DNA from: an uncultured Thermomicrobiales bacterium
Lineage (GTDB): Bacteria > Chloroflexota > Chloroflexia > Thermomicrobiales > CADCWN01
NCBI GenBank assembly: GCA_902806415.1
Contig: CADCWN010000056.1
Location: 7,875 to 71,874, forward strand
DNA length: 64,000 nucleotides
Direction: 5' to 3'
A program made the translations under genes and the position numbers. The notes beneath the pieces were generated by a model. That model was given only the letters and a program-made list of their open reading frames with translations, was not told the origin of the DNA and ran no database searches. This document shows, piece by piece, positions 17,394-26,700 of this stretch. Each line of letters starts with the position of its first letter. The stretch's first letter is position 1.

Positions 17394-17804
17394 TCAGCGC
17401 ACGATCAGCTTCGAGACCATTCCCGCCGCCTTATGGCCGGGATAATTGCAGACGATCTGATACTCGCCAGCGGGCAGCCCCTTCACGGTGTACGTATTGG
17501 TGGTATTCGCCCCGAAACTCGGGCTTTTGTAGCCCACGCCGTTCCCCTCGATCGAGAACTGGTGGCCGACCGGACTGGCATTCTTCACGATGAAGGTGAT
17601 GTCCCCGGCGGTCGCCTCGTAGCTCGGGCGATCCCAGCGCAAAGCGCCGCCCGGATCGGCGGCAACGGGGATCTGCTGCGCCGCGAGATCGCCACTGAAG
17701 TCGCCAGCACCACCGCTGGCACCGGTCGCCGCGCTGCACGCGGCCAGCACCGCGACGATCACCAAGAGTAGACTGCCAATCAAGCCGGTACGCCAGCGCT
17801 TCAT
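17394..17804 (-). CDS. type-1 copper cupredoxin lipoprotein (auracyanin/plastocyanin-like)
   Basis: Lipobox LAAC. Copper ligand pattern H (SPVGHQF) ... CNYPGHKAAGM. Confidence 0.8.
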   Translation of the reverse strand: MKRWRTGLIGSLLLVIVAVLAACSAATGASGGAGDFSGDLAAQQIPVAADPGGALRWDRPSYEATAGDITFIVKNASPVGHQFSIEGNGVGYKSPSFGANTTNTYTVKGLPAGEYQIVCNYPGHKAAGMVSKLIVR

Positions 17805-17868
17805 CAGATCCCTTCCTCCATGTCGTGTTCAGGTCGCCGCGCCCCACATTCGGCGCGGCTCGGAGCGA

Positions 17869-18249
17869 TCAGCGGGCGACCGTCGCGCGCCACGCCCGCC
17901 CGGCGATGATCGTCGCGACCCAGAAGATCAACATCCCGTTGACCGGGTGGAGCGCGGCGAGTGGGGTCCCCATGTTCGCCGTGATGTACTGCAAGGCGAT
18001 CAGCGCGAGGAGCAGCGCGGTGAGCCAGCGCACGGCCGCGGACAGCCGAGCGCTGAACGCCAGCGGCAGCATCAGCAAGGGCAGGAACTCGAAGACGTGG
18101 ATGAACGAACTATGCCAGGACCAGCGGGCCGCATCGACGAAGACGCCCATCCCCGCGAAGAAGACTTGCACCGCGACACAGGCGGCGAAGCCCAGCGCCA
18201 GCGCGAGGTAGATGCGGCGCGACCACACTACTCGCCTGCCGAGGGGCAT
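17869..18249 (-). CDS. small multi-TM membrane protein (DUF6220-like by recollection)
   Basis: Four hydrophobic segments. Start set at ATG 18249 after GGGAG. The track start at 18357 adds a Gly-rich extension. Confidence 0.55.
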   Translation of the reverse strand: MPLGRRVVWSRRIYLALALGFAACVAVQVFFAGMGVFVDAARWSWHSSFIHVFEFLPLLMLPLAFSARLSAAVRWLTALLLALIALQYITANMGTPLAALHPVNGMLIFWVATIIAGRAWRATVAR

Positions 18250-18575
18250 CGGTCCGCTCCCACTGCCCACCGCCCCGCCGCCATCATGCGCACCCACTTC
18301 CCCGGTACCGATCATCACGCCCACCTTGGGACGCGACCCGCCCAATTCGCGACTCATCCGCGACCTCCCCGCTGTCTCGACGCCGCCGCCGCATACCCCG
18401 GCGCTGCTCGGAGTGTAGGGAAGGGATGTCGCGACACCTTCGCGAAAGGTTCACGATTCGGTCAGCAACTTGTAACGATTCTGTTCCCGATGTCGGCGGG
18501 CTCCGGCAGGGCGTATACTCCCGAGATGATTGTCGGCAGATCGTCGCCGAGGTGGGCGACGGGAGGAGCAGGACG

Positions 18576-19280
18576 ATGGCGATCGCGCGCGGCACGATCC
18601 ACGATTTCCATTCGCACACCTTTCTCTCCGATGGCGAACTCTCGCCGGTCGAGCTGATCCGGCGCGCGGTCGTGGCCGATTACGCGACGCTGGCGATCAC
18701 CGACCACTGCGGCATCGGCGATCTCGGGCGGATCCTCGCGACGCTGCGGGCGGATCGCGACGCGGTGCGCGACGCCTGGCCGGAGATCGAGGTCTTCATC
18801 GGCGTGGAACTGACCCATCTGCCGCCCGAGGTCATCCCGAGCGCGGCGTATCGCGCGCGCGAACTCGGCGCGGAGATCGTCAATGTCCACGGCGAGACCC
18901 CGGTCGAGCCGACCGCGCCCGGCACCAACGCCGCCGCCGCGCGCTGCGAGTTGGTCGATCTCCTCGTCCACCCCGGCCTGATCACCGAGGACGATGCGGC
19001 GGCGGCGCGGGAGCACGGCGTCTTCCTCGAACTGACCTACGGGCGCGGCCACTCGCTGACGAACGGCCATGTCGCCAAGACAGCGTTGGCGGTCGGGGCG
19101 CATCTGTTGGTCAACAGCGATGCCCACATCCCACCGGGACTCCTCAGCGCCGAGATGGCCCGCCGGATCGCGCGCGGAGCGGGGCTGACCGCAGACCAGG
19201 CGGAGCAAACGCTGCGGCACAACCCCGAGCGGCTGATCGCGCGGCTGCGCGAGCGCTCGGGCAGTCGGCGGATTCTTTGA
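18576..19280 (+). CDS. PHP-domain phosphoesterase
   Basis: HDFHSHTFLSDG motif. Start ATG 18576 after GGGAGGAG. Confidence 0.75.
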   Translation: MAIARGTIHDFHSHTFLSDGELSPVELIRRAVVADYATLAITDHCGIGDLGRILATLRADRDAVRDAWPEIEVFIGVELTHLPPEVIPSAAYRARELGAEIVNVHGETPVEPTAPGTNAAAARCELVDLLVHPGLITEDDAAAAREHGVFLELTYGRGHSLTNGHVAKTALAVGAHLLVNSDAHIPPGLLSAEMARRIARGAGLTADQAEQTLRHNPERLIARLRERSGSRRIL

Positions 19281-19281
19281 G

Positions 19282-20997
19282 ATGACACCCTTGCCCACCC
19301 CCCTCGCGAATCCCCGCATCGCCGCCCTGCTGCGCGAGTACGCCGATCTGCTCGAATTGCGAGGCGAGAGCGCGTTCCGCACCCAGGCGTACCGGCGCGG
19401 GGCCGACGCCATCGCCGGGCTGGATCACCCGGCGGCCGGGTTGAGCGCGGCGGAGTTGCAACGGATTGAGGGGGTTGGCAAGGGGATCAGCGGGACGATC
19501 GCCGAGATCGCGCAGCGCGGCAGCTTCGGGTCGCTGGACGAGTTGCGCCGGATCATCCCCGCCTCGGTCATCCGCTTCACCGATCTCCCCGGCGTCGGCG
19601 TGAAGACCGCCGCGCGCCTCTACGAACTCCTCGGCGTGGCGACCCTCGATGCGCTGCAAGAGGCGGCGGACGCGGGTCGGATCGCCGCGACGAAGGGGTT
19701 AGGCGCGCGGACGGAGCAGACCGTGCGCGACGGGCTGGCGCAACTCGCCCTCTACGCGGGCAGGCACGGGATCGGCGCGGCGCTGCCGCTCGGCGGGTTG
19801 CTCGTCAGGCTCCTGCGCGAGCGCGGCGTGGTGCGCGTCAGCCTCGCCGGGAGCCTGCGCCGCTGGGCCGATATCGTCGGCGACATCGACTTATTGGCCG
19901 CTGGCGACGAGCCGGGGCCGATCCTCGCCGCCTTCGCCGCCCTGCCGCCGGTCAGCGAGGTCGTCGAGCGACGCGAGCGCGATATCCGCGTGGCGCTTGA
20001 TGGTGGCCTCAGCGCCCAACTGCGCGTCGTCCCGCCGGATCACTGGGGCGGCGCGCTTGTCGCCCGGAGCAGCGCGGAGGGGCATTGCGCCGCGCTGCGC
20101 GAACTCGCCGATCGGCGCGGCCTCGGCGATCCATTCGCCCTGCCATTTGACGAAGAGGCCGATCTCTACGCAGCGCTCGGGCTGCCGACTATCCCGCCCG
20201 AACTGCGCGAGGGTCGGGGCGAGGTCGCGGCGGCGCTGGCGGGCCGACTCCCCCGCCTGATCGCGCGGGACGACCTGCGCGGCGACCTCCACTCGCACAG
20301 CACCTGGAGCGACGGCGGCGCGACGATAGCGCAGATGGCCGAGGCGGCGATTGCGCGCGACTACGCCTATCTCGGCGTCAGCGACCACACCCACGGCCTG
20401 ACCGTCGCCAATGGTCTCGACGAGACACGCCTCCGCGCGCAGTGGATCGAGATCGACCGGTTGAATGCCGAACTTGCGCCGTTCCGCCTCCTCAAGTCGG
20501 CGGAGGTCGAGATTCGGCGGGATGGCGCGCTCGATCTGCCCGACAGCGTCCTGGCCGAGTTCGACCTGGTGATGGCTTCGCTCCACTCCGGGCTGCGCGG
20601 CGACCGCGCGACGGTGACCGGTCGGCTCCTGCGGGCGATCCGCAATCCCCACGTTGACATCATCGCCCACCCCTCCGGGCGGATCGTCGGCGGGCGGGCC
20701 GGGGCCGACTACGACTGGGACGCCGTCTTCGCCGCCGCCGCCGAGACCGGCACGGCGCTCGAAATTAACGCTGCCCCCGAGCGCCTCGATCTGACCGACG
20801 AGACCGCCCGCCGCGCCCTCGACGCCGGGGTGACCCTCACCATCGACTGCGACGCCCACAGCGTCGCGAACCTCGACCTGATGCCGTTCGGCCTCGCCGT
20901 CGCCCGCCGCGCCTGGGCCACCCCCGACCGGGTGCTGAACACTCGCCCGCTGGCAGAGGTGCTGGCGTGGGCCAGGGGCGAGGGGCGCGGGACATAG
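19282..20997 (+). CDS. family X DNA polymerase (PolX) with C-terminal PHP domain
   Basis: 571 aa. N-terminal helix-hairpin-helix region (GVGKGISGTIAE, LPGVGVKTAARLYE), SLRRWADIVGDIDLL, and a PHP region (DLHSHSTWSDG). Confidence 0.85.
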   Translation: MTPLPTPLANPRIAALLREYADLLELRGESAFRTQAYRRGADAIAGLDHPAAGLSAAELQRIEGVGKGISGTIAEIAQRGSFGSLDELRRIIPASVIRFTDLPGVGVKTAARLYELLGVATLDALQEAADAGRIAATKGLGARTEQTVRDGLAQLALYAGRHGIGAALPLGGLLVRLLRERGVVRVSLAGSLRRWADIVGDIDLLAAGDEPGPILAAFAALPPVSEVVERRERDIRVALDGGLSAQLRVVPPDHWGGALVARSSAEGHCAALRELADRRGLGDPFALPFDEEADLYAALGLPTIPPELREGRGEVAAALAGRLPRLIARDDLRGDLHSHSTWSDGGATIAQMAEAAIARDYAYLGVSDHTHGLTVANGLDETRLRAQWIEIDRLNAELAPFRLLKSAEVEIRRDGALDLPDSVLAEFDLVMASLHSGLRGDRATVTGRLLRAIRNPHVDIIAHPSGRIVGGRAGADYDWDAVFAAAAETGTALEINAAPERLDLTDETARRALDAGVTLTIDCDAHSVANLDLMPFGLAVARRAWATPDRVLNTRPLAEVLAWARGEGRGT

Positions 20998-21038
20998 CGC
21001 CCTGAGCGACACGACCGCCACGCGCCGGGAGGTGCGCC

Positions 21039-22178
21039 ATGTCCGGTATCCTGCGGGCGATCCGCAAGCGATTGAGCGTCATCGTCAGCCTCGCGCTCCT
21101 GGCCGTCATCATCGCGACCTTCCTCACGGGCTTCATCGCGGCGGCGCTCGATCTCAACCGCTTCGTCTGGCACAAATACGCGGCGTATGGGGCGATCGCC
21201 CTCGCGACGCTCCACGTCGTCCTGCATTGGCGGACGCTCATCGGCCAGGTCAAGAAATGGCTCCTGCCGGGGCTGGGGCGGGCAGCGGCAGGCAGTCGAG
21301 CGGCGGCGCAGGCCGACCGCGCCGACAAGCGCGGGGGCGGCGCGATTCGCCTCGGTCGCCGCGCCGCTTTCGGCGTCCTCCTCGGGCTGACCGCCGGGCT
21401 CGGGATCGGGCGCTGGTGGGCCGGGCGGGACAAGCCGCCGCTCTTCGCCGAGGGGGATGATTTGGGCCAGGTCTATCACCGCTGGAGCAATCCCTCCTAC
21501 GTCGGGCTCCTGACCAAATCCATCCACATCGGCCCGCAGCCCTCGCCGTACAAGGAATACCCCGACGTGCCGACGATCGGGCTCCCACCGCCGCCGGAGG
21601 CGGTCACCGCGGTCGAGGCGGCGCTGAACCGCCGCCGTTCGGTCCGCGAATATGCCGGTCGCGCCGTGACGGTGGACGAACTCGCGCGCCTGCTCCACGG
21701 CGCGACCGGCATCACCGACCGGCGCGACCCGACCTGGCAATTTCGCAGCGTCCCTTCATCGGGCGCGCTCTATCCCCTGGAGGTGTACCCGGTCATCTTC
21801 GATGTCGCCGGCGTCGAGCCCGGAGTCTACCACTATGATGTGCGGCGACACCGCCTGGAGCTGGTGCGCGCTGGCGACTTCCGGCAGGCGATCTTCCGGG
21901 CGGCGGTCTCGCAGGAGATGATCCTCAACACCGACCTCGTCCTCGTGCTCACCGGACTTTTTGCGCGCGTCCAGTGGAAGTATGTCGAGCGCGCCTATCG
22001 TTACCTGCTCCTGGAGGCCGGCCACCTCGGCCAGAATGTCTACCTCACCGCCACCGCCCTCGGCCTCGGCCCGTGCGGGATCGGGGCCTACATCGACGAC
22101 GAGGTCAACGCCATCATCGGCGTGGACGGCCACAATGAGGCGACGGTCTATCTCATGGCGGTCGGGGTGGCGCGCTGA
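21039..22178 (+). CDS. SagB/ThcOx-type nitroreductase-fold dehydrogenase fused to an N-terminal membrane domain
   Basis: N-terminal TMs (LALLAVIIATFLTGFIAAAL, YGAIALATLHVVLHW), then RRSVREY...SVPSSGALYPLEVY...GVYHYD.... Confidence 0.75.
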   Translation: MSGILRAIRKRLSVIVSLALLAVIIATFLTGFIAAALDLNRFVWHKYAAYGAIALATLHVVLHWRTLIGQVKKWLLPGLGRAAAGSRAAAQADRADKRGGGAIRLGRRAAFGVLLGLTAGLGIGRWWAGRDKPPLFAEGDDLGQVYHRWSNPSYVGLLTKSIHIGPQPSPYKEYPDVPTIGLPPPPEAVTAVEAALNRRRSVREYAGRAVTVDELARLLHGATGITDRRDPTWQFRSVPSSGALYPLEVYPVIFDVAGVEPGVYHYDVRRHRLELVRAGDFRQAIFRAAVSQEMILNTDLVLVLTGLFARVQWKYVERAYRYLLLEAGHLGQNVYLTATALGLGPCGIGAYIDDEVNAIIGVDGHNEATVYLMAVGVAR

Positions 22179-22299
22179 GGGCGCGCCACCCCGATCCTGG
22201 TTGAGCAGGCTGCTGCTATCTCACCAGGGGTGAAGCCCGCGCCCTATCCCCACGATGCGAGGACAGGAGCGCGGGCTTCATCCCCGGCGAGAGTCGTCT

Positions 22300-24138
22300 C
22301 TACCGCGCCTTGCTGTCGTACACCACGCGCCCGAACTGCCCGAGCAGGATGTCGTTCGGCGCGGCGTTCTCGGGGTGATACTCGAAGCGCGCCCGCTCAA
22401 ACCACTGCACCCGATACTGCTTCCCGTCCTCCAGCGTCTCCGTCACCTGATCGGTGATCGGGTAGCCGAACTGCGCCAGGCCGCCGTGCGTCTCCCCCAG
22501 TATTTCAGGAAGTCGCCCGCGACGTTGTGGCCGGTCTCGGCGAAATAACGCCCGCAGCGACAATCGGGCAGTGGCGGGTAGAGCGGGTGCAATTGCCGCC
22601 CGAATTGCCCGAGCAGGATATCGTTGGGAGCCGCGTTCTCCGGGTGGTGCTCGAAGCGCGCCCGCTCGAAATATTGCACCAGGTAGGGCTTGCCGTCCTC
22701 CAGCACCTCGACCATTTCGGGGCTGATCGGGTAGCCGTAGATCGCCAGGCCACCACGGCTCTCCCAGTGGGCCAGGAACGGCCCGCGCACCGCCTGGCCG
22801 GTCGTCGCGAAGGTGCGCCCCGACCCGGTGAAGGCGCTCCCGGCCAGGGCCGCCGTGCTGACGGGCGCATGGATGATGTACACCGGCTCCGGACCGACCG
22901 GCACGCGCACCACCTCACCGACTCGACCGACCGTGCGCGTCCCGCCGAAGAGGCCGACCACCTCGGCATCGCCGCCGCTGGGGATCGTCGCGGTCCCGCC
23001 GCCGAGCGACCAGGCGACATCGATCTGACGGCCGTCGCGCTCGAATCGGAAGGCGAAGACGCCCGCCCCCGCGTTGAAGCGCCCGCGACCGGTGGCGCCT
23101 TCCAGTCGCTCGGCGGCGACGCGGTAAGCGTGATAGGCCGGCTTCGGGGCGGACCACCCGCGCACCAACTCGAAGCCGTCGTGGTCAGTGAAGACATAAG
23201 GGCATGATCCGCACGATCGGCAGATCGGGATAGGCCAGCATCTGCACCGCCTGCTGCACCAGATAGCGCGCTTGATCACCCTCCTCGCCGACGTTCCAAG
23301 GGTCCGGGCCACCCTGCGACGAGAAGCCGAATTCGGTGATCCAGATGTCCTTGCGCGGGAACCGCGCCAGCGCCTGCTTCATCTGCGGCAAGCCCTGGTT
23401 GTAGAAGCTGTAGCCCTGGTCATCGAGGGAGCTGCTCGGGACATAGACATGGAGCGCCAGCGCGTCGAATTTGTCCCACGGCATCGCCGCCAGCCACTCC
23501 TCGTCGATGCCGCTGATCGCCGGGCCGAGGACGGTTGCGCCCGGATCGACCCGCTTAATCGTGTCATACGTCACGCTGAGGAGCGCGGCGTACTGCTCCT
23601 TCGTGCCGGACCAGAAGACCGGCACATTCGGCTCATTCCAGACTTCCCAGACGTGGACCCGATCCTTGTAGCGCCCGACCGTCTGCGCCACATAGTTCGC
23701 CCAGAGATCATGCGGCGGCGGGGTGTTCGAGACTTCGCGTCCCTCGCCGACCGCCCAGCCGGCGGTGAAGTCGAGCAGGCCCAGGATTTCCAGTCCCTTC
23801 TCACGCTCCGCATTCACCGCCCGGTCCATGAGCACCCAGGTCCACTGGTCGCGGCTCGGCTGCACGGAGTCCCAGCGGAACTCTTCCTTGACCCACCCCG
23901 CGCCGGACCCCGCAGCCAGGGCGACCGGCCCGTTCGGAGATAGTTCGGCGGACAGGCGCGTGCCGATGTCGGCCACCAGCCCGAAGCGGCGCGCATCCCG
24001 CGGGGCCGCCGCGCGCGACTCCCCTGTGCCGACCGTAGCCGTTTCAGCAAGGGCAACGAGGAGGACAATCATCGCCAAGAAGATACGACCCGCGCGCCAT
24101 GTTCCGCTGCCCATTGTTCCCCCGCTCAGCTTGCACAA
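22300..24138 (-). pseudogene. clan GH-A glycoside hydrolase with two C-terminal repeat domains, interrupted by two frameshifts
   Basis: WNEPN and ITEFG catalytic motifs are in 23185-24138. Frame change 1 is near 23195 (IVRIMP / YVFTDHDGF). Frame change 2 is at the G5 run near 22497-22501 (DFLKYWG / ETHGGLAQFGYP). Repeat units GYPI...VQ[YW]FERARFE[HY]HPENAAPNDILLGQFGR occur twice. Confidence 0.7.
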
Positions 24139-24848
24139 TCAACATCACTCGTCCGCAAAGAGGCAGCGCGAAGCGCCCTGTGGCGCGAGCGCCCAGAACC
24201 GAAAGTGGCGAATCCGCAATGGTCGGTCGGACTCGTTTCGTGGGAGGAAGGTCCGTTGCCCCCCGTATCCTCGGTGTCGTTATCGGCGTCGGCACGATGG
24301 CGCTGTTCGTTTCCCCGTGCTGACAAGTCTATTGATTCGCCGATCCCTCGGGTATGGGTCAGTAGTAGCGCCCACAATTAGTCATCGGTACTACCCGAAA
24401 ACGGGCGATCCGGTCGGGAGTCATCCCTCGGGATAGCCCATCATCCCCCCTCTCCCCATGGGATGGGGGATGATCCCGATCCGTCGCGCGACAAAGCGGA
24501 AAGCTGGAGGGCGGGGAACACGTCTCGCCAGGGGTGGCTGGCTCTTGCCGCCTTTCGATGATCGCCTTCCCCCGTTGTTCGCGTCGCCGCGGGGAGGATC
24601 GCCCCCTGCGGCGGCGCCCGTGACCGGACTGGCGCGGGGGGCGAGCAGTGGCGCTCCCACGGGGCAACGGCCGGGCAATGGGTCATCGAATATCGGCAAG
24701 ACCCGGGTGGCTTGACACATATTGATCGCGGGCGTGGCGAGTTGTCCCTGCCGTTGCCGCGCCGTGAGATACCGCGTCGGTCTGACGCGCTGCGTCGCCG
24801 GCGTGTCAGCAGCGGCTGTGGGAGCCTCGGGGTGAACGAGGGCGGGGG

Positions 24849-25010
24849 ATGGTGCCCCGACCGGAGCGCATCGAGCCGACACACGACTGGCAGCAACTGG
24901 AGCCCCGCTTCCGGGTGGCGGGGCAGCGCGGGTATGAAATCATCCGACCGGTGGTGCTGTTCGGCCCCCCCCGCCGAGCGTGTCGCCGAGACCGGGGCAG
25001 CCGAGCGATC
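24849..25010 (+). mobile_element. degenerate transposase N-terminal (HTH) remnant
   Basis: PERIEPTHDWQQLE...YEIIRPVVLFG then, after a C8 run and frame change, AERVAETGAAER. This resembles integrase/transposase N-termini recalled from Chloroflexi and cyanobacterial IS elements. No catalytic domain follows. Confidence 0.4.
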
Positions 25011-25123
25011 ACCTCGTGCGCGCGAGGGCATGGTCACGCGCCATGGAGCTGTGCCACGTCGACACAGAGGAGAAGGGAACGTGTGGCTTGACGGACGGGG
25101 AGCATTACACGGCCTCACGCCCC

Positions 25124-25591
25124 TCACACGGACGACACGTCGGCGGCGAGCGTCTTCCGCAGGTAGACGCGCCGGAAGCCGTGCTCCACGCGGCGCGCGG
25201 TCTCGACGAAGCCCCAGTGGCGGTAGAGGGCCAGGTTCTCGGCCATCGCCTCGTTGGTGTACAGGCAGATCGCGCCGCGCCCCCCTTGCCGGGCAAGACG
25301 CTCGACGAACGCCAGGAGTTGCCGCCCCACCCCCTGCCCTTGCGCGCGCGGGTGGACCGCGATGTTGTCGAGGAATTGGCAATCGCCTTCGGGCCAGGTC
25401 ACCACCAGGGCCTGGACGGCGTCGCCGTCGGTCAGCACATGGACGACTTCTTGGGCGATGCGCGCCGCGTAGTCGTCCAGCATGGGGCCGGGCGGTGCGC
25501 CGATCCGCGCGACGTAGATCGTATAGGCGGCGCGCACGCAGTCACGGACCGCCGCCTCATCCTCGCGCCGTGCCGGCCGGATCGTCGCCAT
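25124..25591 (-). CDS. GNAT N-acetyltransferase
   Basis: 155 aa. Acetyl-CoA motif RAQGQGVGRQLL. Confidence 0.85.
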   Translation of the reverse strand: MATIRPARREDEAAVRDCVRAAYTIYVARIGAPPGPMLDDYAARIAQEVVHVLTDGDAVQALVVTWPEGDCQFLDNIAVHPRAQGQGVGRQLLAFVERLARQGGRGAICLYTNEAMAENLALYRHWGFVETARRVEHGFRRVYLRKTLAADVSSV

Positions 25592-26104
25592 GCCGCCCTC
25601 GTCCTTCGCCTCTCACCCCGGTGGGCGCGCACGAAGCGTCCTGCGCCCGCATTATACGCGGTCGGCAGGCGTCAAAGTGGCAGAAACGGGATTGGGTACC
25701 CTGATCCCGTCCGGCGCTGCCAGCCGCCCGATCCATATGTGTCAACTCACCCCTGACGAGGCGTGACGGGGAAAGATTATTTGCTCTGCGATCGGGCAGC
25801 ACCACCGGCACCTACATCGAGGCCGCGCCGCTCACGGGTAAGCGGGCGCTACGGGTCGGCGGCATCATTGGGATCGGCCCGACCGTCACGCGCATCGTGC
25901 GCGATGATCGAGCGGCGGGCGGATAATCCCACCGGACCCCCCGCCGACGAAGTGGCAGCCGCCCACCGCCCCGGAGGCTACCATCGCGTCGACGAGGGCG
26001 TCTGCTCGCGCCGCCCGCCAGACTGGTGACACCGGAGGCACCGGAGGTGCGTATCTACTACCAGGGCGGCGCGACCGCTCGCGCCGCAAGGGGAGGGAGA
26101 GCGC

Positions 26105-26635
26105 ATGGCCTACACCGGACGCGGGGACGATGCCAACCGCGACAACCCATCCGACAATAGCTTTCGCGGGATGATGCGCGGCTTGCGCGATTTCGTCACG
26201 CAGATCGCCGATCCCACCGCCACGCCGCGCCCCCAGCCGATCAGCGGACCCGGTCGTCGCCCACCGCGTGGGGGTCCGCGCACCGTCAGCGCCAGCAGCA
26301 CGGGCGCGCGCGAGCCGGTCGTCGACATCTTCGACGAGGGCGAGTTCATCCGTGTCGTCGCCGACATGCCCGGTGCCGATCCGGCCACGTTGAAGGTGCG
26401 CGGGGCCGATGATCGGCTCGCTATCGTCGCCGTCGGTCCCGCGCGTCGGTACGAGCGCGTCATCACACTACCCGTGCCCGTCGATCCCGCGCGCGCCGCG
26501 CCACCGACCTTGATCAACGGGATCATGGAGGTGCTCCTCCCCACCATTCGCCCGATCCTGCCCGAGGGAGGGGCACAACCATCGCCCAACCAGGTTCACG
26601 CCGCAACCCGACAGCCCGACCCGCCGCGCGACTGA
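26105..26635 (+). CDS. Hsp20/alpha-crystallin-like small heat-shock protein
   Basis: VDIFDEGEFIRVVADMPGADPATLKV...INGIMEVLLP. RBS GGGGAGGGAG. Confidence 0.7.
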   Translation: MAYTGRGDDANRDNPSDNSFRGMMRGLRDFVTQIADPTATPRPQPISGPGRRPPRGGPRTVSASSTGAREPVVDIFDEGEFIRVVADMPGADPATLKVRGADDRLAIVAVGPARRYERVITLPVPVDPARAAPPTLINGIMEVLLPTIRPILPEGGAQPSPNQVHAATRQPDPPRD

Positions 26636-26700
26636 GGACGCCGAGTCTGCCGCCGGTAACCGATCGGCCCATAACGGGCCGCTCACCCGCACGAGGAGCA

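Noticed and set aside
24181-24260. RNase P RNA-like strings (GGGAGGAAGGTCCG, CGAAAGTGGCG).
   Set aside because: They appear in the wrong order, the sequences are inexact, and there is no P4 or pseudoknot partner.
24099-24323. 74-aa ORF ending in a TM-like ILGVVIGVGTMALFV.
   Set aside because: It has no RBS, lies in the decayed region, and its N-terminal two thirds are Arg-rich noise.
24560-24720. Cobalamin-riboswitch-like fragments on the minus strand (GCGCCACTGC, GGGGAAGGCG, AGCCAGCC..CCTGGCG).
   Set aside because: The GGTG..AATCC element and overall architecture are missing. The downstream gene is a broken glycosidase. The similarity is too fragmentary.
25621-25925. FHA-domain-like reading frame (…AARSICVNSPLTRRDGERLFALRSGSTTGTYIEAAPLTGKRALRVGGIIGIGPTVTRIV).
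   Set aside because: There is no RBS, an in-frame TGA sits at 25702 with no Sec-type context, and the key FHA residues (GR, SxxH, N) are substituted. It is most likely a decayed remnant, and I do not call it a gene.
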